From: Amphiscolops sp. MND2022 | Taxonomy: Eukaryota | NCBI GenBank assembly: GCA_964187785.1 | Contig: OZ076409.1 | Coordinates: 23,004,001 to 23,068,000, forward strand | Reading direction: 5' to 3' | Length of the DNA stretch: 64,000 bases | Shown here: positions 61,601-64,000 of the stretch, one piece after another | Position numbering within the stretch: position 1 is the first letter of the stretch | How the letters are laid out: each line of letters opens with the position of its first letter | Made by a program: the position numbers and the translations under genes | The notes under the pieces: model-generated | The model's input: only the letters and a program-made list of their open reading frames with translations | Database searches by the model: none | What the model was told of the DNA's origin: nothing

Positions 61601-62958
61601 TCTTCATAGCAGGATTGAATGGTAGGTCAAACAAAACTCGACTCACTGGTCACAGACGCGGTTGTCCACCACGCTTGGTCACCAAAACCCTTCTATCAGC
61701 ATGGTGGAACCGACCAAAGGGTCATCGACGTGGCCGCCACCCAAACACCTATCCTCTGTGAGACTAATCACTCTCGATTTTGTCGACAACCAAAAGTAAT
61801 CATTGAGAAACGGGGTTAAATGATTAAAGTCCGGGGAATCCCAATGGAGAGAAGACACCCTGGTTTTCCAAAACCCAAGTTGACCACCCACGGAAGTTGT
61901 CACTACTTGAGGTAATGAATTCTTGACTTTATGTTATTATCACTTGACTCTGATGGTTGCAACCAGAACTTCACACTATAACTTTTTCTCCCAGTTATTA
62001 ATTAATTTAACGGTTTAATGCTATCAGTAAAAATTGATATCCAAAAAATCTCAATAGTACAAGATCGGCCAGAAAAGTCGTCTTTGACACATTATTTTGT
62101 TGGCGCTTTTTCTTCATATTTTTTTGTTGTTGGTTTACTCTGTAAATCCAGTCCCGGAGAACTCAACTTCAAGTCATTCAGTAGTTTTTCTATGATGCTC
62201 AACGGGATATTTCGTGTTATGGAGCTAACGAGGTCGAAGTTCCTAGATTGCAGGAATCCATCAACCTTTCTTGCAGTGCTCTTTCGCACAAGCGATTTGG
62301 TAAGTTCCTTAAAAGTTGCTACGGAACTGAATACGGGTATGGAGCTAGACAACAGTGCGTGTTGCCCAAACCAAGCCGATTTTTTGACAAAGAAATGTCA
62401 AAAAAATTTTTGGTTTCCTTCTAAACAGTGGTTTTTCTGCTGAAAAGAAGTTTTACTGTAAACAACTTCAAACTGTTCTGCAAAGTGAGTTTTTACTGCT
62501 GTGGAAAAGAAGTTTTGTAATGAAACCGCACAACGGAGCCTCAGGTCACCAAAAGAAATTTTAATTGCAAAAAATTCATTTTTAATTGCAAAAATGATGC
62601 AAAAAATTCATCACAGAGCTAGCATGATCTTTTTCGAACTCAGTGCAAAGAACTTGTTCCAACCAAATGATGCTCTTAGATTGACATGGAGAATTATGAC
62701 TTTGAATTGTTTGAAGGTGCATTTTGGAGTACTTGTCGTCCAGCTCAAGAGCTAGCTCTGTTTCAACAGTTAGTAGACGACGCTGATGGAAAGAAACAAA
62801 ATCTCAGTGTTACCCAAACAGCAAAAGATGATAGTGCATTTGTACTCTTGCAGGATCATTAGTTTGAACTTCCAATGGATTGCAAGATGATGTGGGGATG
62901 TGTTCAACACCAGCTACCCCGCGTGACAGGGATGTCATGCAAAAAGTCCGAGGAGTGA

Positions 62959-63568
62959 TGTAACGGCACCTTCTGGTACAGCAGATTCAGTTGATATTGG
63001 AATTTAGACTTTGGACAAGTCAAGAAAATTTTTGAAAAATTCTAATTCGATCTTTGACGTAGCACTGAGCATGTGACTCCTTTCTACGAAATTGGCTGGT
63101 ACTTCGACAACAAAGAGCAAGAACAAGTAAAAACATAGAGGCAGCCTCTAGAACAGACGCCAGAGACTGCAAAAAAACTTGAGCGAATCTGGACGCAAAA
63201 AAATTGCGAGCTGAATCTGGACACTGCCAAATAATTGTGATCGACGAGATTGTTGCATTTTGTTGTGATTTTATGGCTACTTAGCAATTTTAGATATTAT
63301 TCCCTAAGTCACACTGAATGACGAAATTTACATTTATGCTTTCTTTCGGAATGTTTTCAAAGTCTAACTAGGCGGCGGTTCCGAAAACAAAGCGAAATGC
63401 CCGTTATTGTTAGCAATAAAAGATTGGATAAAGCTGGCGAGGGCTCCTTAGGAGACGAATACCCCCTCCTGACGGGACAAATTTTAGCTGTCCCGGGCAA
63501 ACACCCATGTCATAGGTTCCTCCTTCTCTATGACGAAATAACGACAATGGTGAGAGCTTTTCGTTGCA
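62959..63568 (+). repeat. 3' LTR of element 3
   Basis: Preceded by PPT GAGGAGTGA; TGTAACG...CGTTGCA termini; followed by TAG. Confidence 0.8.
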
Positions 63569-64000
63569 TAGCATCTAAAGAACTCCATAGTCGTGATGGC
63601 TCAAACTTTTACATGTTGCAGGTCTGTATACGGGATAACTTTTTATGAAACCTAGAAATTTCAGTAAGCCCCGATGTTAAATATTGTTTAAGAATAGCGC
63701 CGCAGTTTCCACTAGTCAAATTAAAATTTGTTTCACTTGGTTACCGACACCACGATCTAATTGTTTTTACGCTTTATTTTCTCCATTCATCTGTTGTGAG
63801 AAAAAGCTTTGCAAATAGCACGCTGAAGTTGACACTAGTCTGTTGTTTAACTTGTGAGTGAATTCAATTTGTAATAAAATGTCGGTGAAATGATAATCTC
63901 TCAGATGTATATAAATGTGGAACTGCTTCCAAATGAAAATTGTAAAACCTAAAGTCTCATAATTGCCGCAAGCTGTCAAAACAGCTTAGCAACAATCAAA

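Larger units (their letters stand above)
36188..63568 (+). mobile_element. LTR element 3 (non-autonomous/decayed, ~6.9 kb without its insert), related to element 1, host of the giant TIR element
   Basis: 36188-36606 matches 62959 onward (TG[C/T]AACGGCACCTTCTGGTACAGC...). PPT GAGGAGTGA precedes 62959; CGTTGCA terminus at 63568; TAG on both flanks. ~37300-37900 is homologous in reverse complement to the element 1 leader ~14200-14800. Confidence 0.85.

Noticed and set aside
60016..61819. Short ORFs in element 3 (including CDDCGSH)
   Set aside because: Fragmentary; possibly a decayed gag-like relic but not assignable.
36188..63568. Giant LTR element that itself captured the chromatin genes
   Set aside because: The genes lie inside a separate TIR/TSD-bounded insert and retain introns, which argues against passage through an RNA intermediate.

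Overview
Eukaryotic, animal-like, intron-containing DNA made almost entirely of nested mobile elements; I recognise no ordinary host gene. Left part: a decayed L2/CR1-type LINE is interrupted by two insertions. The first is a 16.6-kb minus-strand Ty3/Gypsy-type element (209-16784) with 728-bp LTRs, gag, protease and integrase, a deleted RT/RNaseH, a macrodomain-like ORF and an intact 1434-aa extra ORF. The second is a related non-coding LTR element (20002-24917), partly tandem-duplicated. Middle: MITEs, a (CTA)n microsatellite, a foldback and a second LINE. Right part: a third related LTR element (36188-63568, plus strand) contains the main finding, a 20,467-bp DNA transposon (39494-59960) with perfect 22-bp TIRs and a 2-bp TSD. 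It encodes a frameshifted RAG1/Transib/CMC-like DDE transposase fused to BRCT, plus three spliced cargo genes that look like a chromatin reader (Tudor/Agenet-like), writer (SET domain fused to a dead tyrosine-recombinase-like region) and eraser (C2H2-ZnF + KDM2/KDM7-like JmjC). It is also strewn with a short motif whose orientation flips mid-element. All three LTR insertions show 3-bp TSDs. Family assignments come from motifs recognised by eye, not from database searches.
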